Positions 61,630 to 64,000 of a stretch of DNA of 64,000 nt are shown piece by piece. A program made the translations under genes and the position numbers. The stretch is from a virus, in IMG/VR virus record IMGVR_UViG_3300032820_000001, positions 64,001 to 128,000 of that record; one strand, given 5' to 3'. Within the stretch, counting starts at the first letter, position 1. Every line of letters begins with the position of its first letter. A model generated the notes under the pieces. That model worked only from the letters and a program-made list of their open reading frames with translations. It did no database searches and had not been told where the DNA came from.

Positions 61630-64000
61630 TTATCCAGTTTTGACGACCCTTCCGGTGATTTTAATTTTATTGTTTCCGGCGGGAGTTTCCGCAAGGTCGG
61701 AAGAATTAATATTGAGCTGACCAGTTTCGGGAACGTTTGTGTTTGTATCTCTCTTTTCCAGGGCGCTTGTATCTTCACTGGTTTCGAACTGGGAAACAGT
61801 TCGTGGCTGGCCATGGACAACGTTTAATAGGTTTAACCTGCCGCCGTCGACGATGGGGTTGCCAGAGAGTATGGAGTCGGGGAGCTCCAAAAATGGGCGG
61901 TTATTCCAGAATGGGTCACTATAATTAGCTGCATCGGTTACTCCATTTCCAGAATTATTTGTTGAAACATTCTGAATGGGGGCGACTACTGTTGATTCCT
62001 GCTCCACAACGTAAGATGGCACCTTATGTTCAAATTTATTTCTTTCGAGAACGTGACCTTCGATTATATTTATCGAACCATCAATAACTTCTGCGCCGGC
62101 TGGCAAAATTTGCCTAAGCATCCCAACAACTGCATCATCGATCCACTTAAAGTATTCGTAAAATTTATTGACATCTGGGGAATTTTCCATCCTGTCAAAG
62201 AAGTTTCTTCGCATAACTTCTAGTTCTGCTCTTTTATTTCTATATTTGTCTGCCGGAGAATTGTAAAGAGATGCAAAATCTTGTATAGTTGAAAAATATC
62301 TAATCATTTCATCAGAAATGGTTTGGTACAAACTCTTCTCAATCGAGAAGATTAAATTCGTCGGCTTAGAAAGCTCTTCTCTTATCTGCTCCCCTGCACT
62401 TAAAACACTAACCATATCGGAGCCGTTTGATACATCGGGAGTAATTCTAGTTAATGTGTTAACATATTCTAGGTCTACGACCTTTGCGGAGTTTGCCGGG
62501 AATCCGTAGCCTTTGCCGTCGTGAACGTTAGTAAAATCTCCATAATACTTCTCTTCAAGTCTTTTGTCGGCATAATCTAGGATCGCAAATTCTCCACCGC
62601 TAGAAGAGGTAGTTACAAGCTCAAAATTCCAATGTAATTTTAGTGTGTCAATGGACGCCATTTCATCGGTAGCGCCAAAAAGGGGCCTATTCGGGTCTTT
62701 TAAGCCAAAGTTTTTGGCATCTTTAGCATGGCTCGTGATCTCGGCGTCACTGACGTGTTTTCCCCAATATCTGATAGCGGAAACGAGGACATCTGACTTA
62801 TTGACCGTTGATCCAGTAAAATTTGTTTTATATGCGCCGGCGAAGATTCTTTTTGGTGCGTCCAAAAGTGAGAGAGCATCTGCGTTTGGCAAACTGGCGG
62901 AAAGAGAAAATGAATTTTGAATTGTTTCGCCGTCTGAGTTGACTCCTTGAAAATCTAAGAAATAATCTTCATCAGTATCGATGGCCGGGTTTCTAACTTT
63001 AGCGGCCAGAACCCAACGCTCATTCTCATACACGTCTGGGAAAATGCTTGATGTAAGATCTATGCCGAGTTCGGATGATGTTAATTGAAAGTATGCGTTT
63101 GCGCTGTTTGTCTCTTCTCTCACCACATAAACTTGCAGATCTGCTTTGTCCGGCGCCACCCAGTCGTAATCTACTTTGTTGGTTTCTTTCATTCCAAACA
63201 GGGAGCTTTTTGTAAAGGGGATATCAAAATAATATTGAGAAGCGACGTCCTTCTGTTTTGGAAAAAGAATATCTCCCTCCAAGCATATACCATTAAGACG
63301 AGCCAACTCACCGCTTGAAGAAATAAAGCCAAGTGCTGGCAACACGGTGCTTTGAGTTTGAAACATTGTTGCTTCAAATCTGCTGGGGTCGTTAAACGAA
63401 ATTGTTGGCTTTTTAATTACTGATGCGGCGTATCGATCCTCAAGGTCATACCTCTCACCATTACTATAGATATTCAGCTTCACGAGCTCATCATCTACGC
63501 CAAAACATCTTACGAGATTTCTAAAGGATTTTTCAGTGCCTTTTGAGGTCATTATATATGTGAGATTATTATAGATGTTCTGATAGATTAGGTCTTTTAT
63601 TTCGCTCAGTTTAAATTCAAGATTGCCGCGAGTGTTTTGATCCATAAATCTTTCGAGCAATGTTGCATCGATAAAAAAGTCCTCAGACTCAAAACCAAGG
63701 TTTCTCAAGTTTCTGTTAATAAAATTATACGGACGTTGTGATCCGCTTGGGTATCCTACATCTTTAATTTTATTTATGTCGGTCAATTGATTCTGAAGCG
63801 TGTCCAAATATGATGACATAATTTGTGTTAGCTTCAATATATTTTGTTCTCCGACATCATCTTCTCTAATCCACGAAGGTATTGAATTATATAACGATGC
63901 GTTGTTCTGCTGATCGTATACAAGCCCCTTAACGCGGTTTGTCTCTTTCAACGCAGCGACGTCGGGATGAGTAGAATAAATTATAGGATCTTTAAATTCG
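61630..64000 (-). CDS. Large baseplate/virion protein (partial; starts beyond the right edge)
   Basis: Frame stays open upstream of the ORF-track start at 63951 (...FKDPIIYSTHPDVAAL). LamG-like segment (ISAIRYW...EITSHA). IYQNIYNNL.YI..SKGTEKSFRNL.RCFG resembles baseplate wedge proteins. Confidence 0.65.
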   Translation of the reverse strand, partial: EFKDPIIYSTHPDVAALKETNRVKGLVYDQQNNASLYNSIPSWIREDDVGEQNILKLTQIMSSYLDTLQNQLTDINKIKDVGYPSGSQRPYNFINRNLRNLGFESEDFFIDATLLERFMDQNTRGNLEFKLSEIKDLIYQNIYNNLTYIMTSKGTEKSFRNLVRCFGVDDELVKLNIYSNGERYDLEDRYAASVIKKPTISFNDPSRFEATMFQTQSTVLPALGFISSSGELARLNGICLEGDILFPKQKDVASQYYFDIPFTKSSLFGMKETNKVDYDWVAPDKADLQVYVVREETNSANAYFQLTSSELGIDLTSSIFPDVYENERWVLAAKVRNPAIDTDEDYFLDFQGVNSDGETIQNSFSLSASLPNADALSLLDAPKRIFAGAYKTNFTGSTVNKSDVLVSAIRYWGKHVSDAEITSHAKDAKNFGLKDPNRPLFGATDEMASIDTLKLHWNFELVTTSSSGGEFAILDYADKRLEEKYYGDFTNVHDGKGYGFPANSAKVVDLEYVNTLTRITPDVSNGSDMVSVLSAGEQIREELSKPTNLIFSIEKSLYQTISDEMIRYFSTIQDFASLYNSPADKYRNKRAELEVMRRNFFDRMENSPDVNKFYEYFKWIDDAVVGMLRQILPAGAEVIDGSINIIEGHVLERNKFEHKVPSYVVEQESTVVAPIQNVSTNNSGNGVTDAANYSDPFWNNRPFLELPDSILSGNPIVDGGRLNLLNVVHGQPRTVSQFETSEDTSALEKRDTNTNVPETGQLNINSSDLAETPAGNNKIKITGRVVKTG

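Noticed and set aside
1-64000. Stop-codon reassignment (code 15 or 4) as seen in some large phages
   Set aside because: Long genes are intact in code 11, and TAA, TAG and TGA are all used as genuine stops with tight coupling to the next start.

Overview
This 64-kb window is the virion-morphogenesis region of a large, distantly T4-like contractile-tailed phage. About 45 genes are tightly packed, all on the minus strand, and read well in the standard code with strong Shine-Dalgarno (SD) sites. In transcription order (right to left): a baseplate/tail-tip block of large proteins (first gene starts beyond the window); a RuvC-like resolvase, DnaG-like primase and fused Mre11/Rad50 (gp47-gp46, SbcD-SbcC) gene; a holin/spanin-like cluster; a Hc1-like small protein; terminase, portal, DUF1360-like protein and prohead protease; phage ribosomal protein bS21; four paralogous fibre-like genes (421, 395, 552 and 3066 aa); then scaffold, major capsid, neck/head-closure, tail terminator, sheath, tube, tail chaperone and tape measure (runs off the left edge). 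The most distinctive structure is the ~14-kb fibre array inside the head module. Its four genes share an N-terminal motif, a helical fibre body and a ~45-aa G-x-x-(Y/F)-L...K-F-Y-F-x-E-x-G-x-W-x-x-S module, and that module also occurs twice at the end of a duplicated-gp14 neck-fibre fusion. The array is punctuated by homologous terminator-promoter-leader cassettes. Other notable signals: a candidate +1 (or -2) frameshift at a U7 run in the tail chaperone, an unannotated 29-aa RRCC peptide overlapping a terminator-like hairpin just before the prohead protease, and a recurrent (A/G)CTA(T/C/A)TTA late-promoter-like motif. Family assignments come from motif recognition and synteny only; no searches were run. 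Several ORF-track starts were shortened to the ATG that has a proper SD. I saw no tRNA, rRNA, CRISPR array, transposon, intron or intein.
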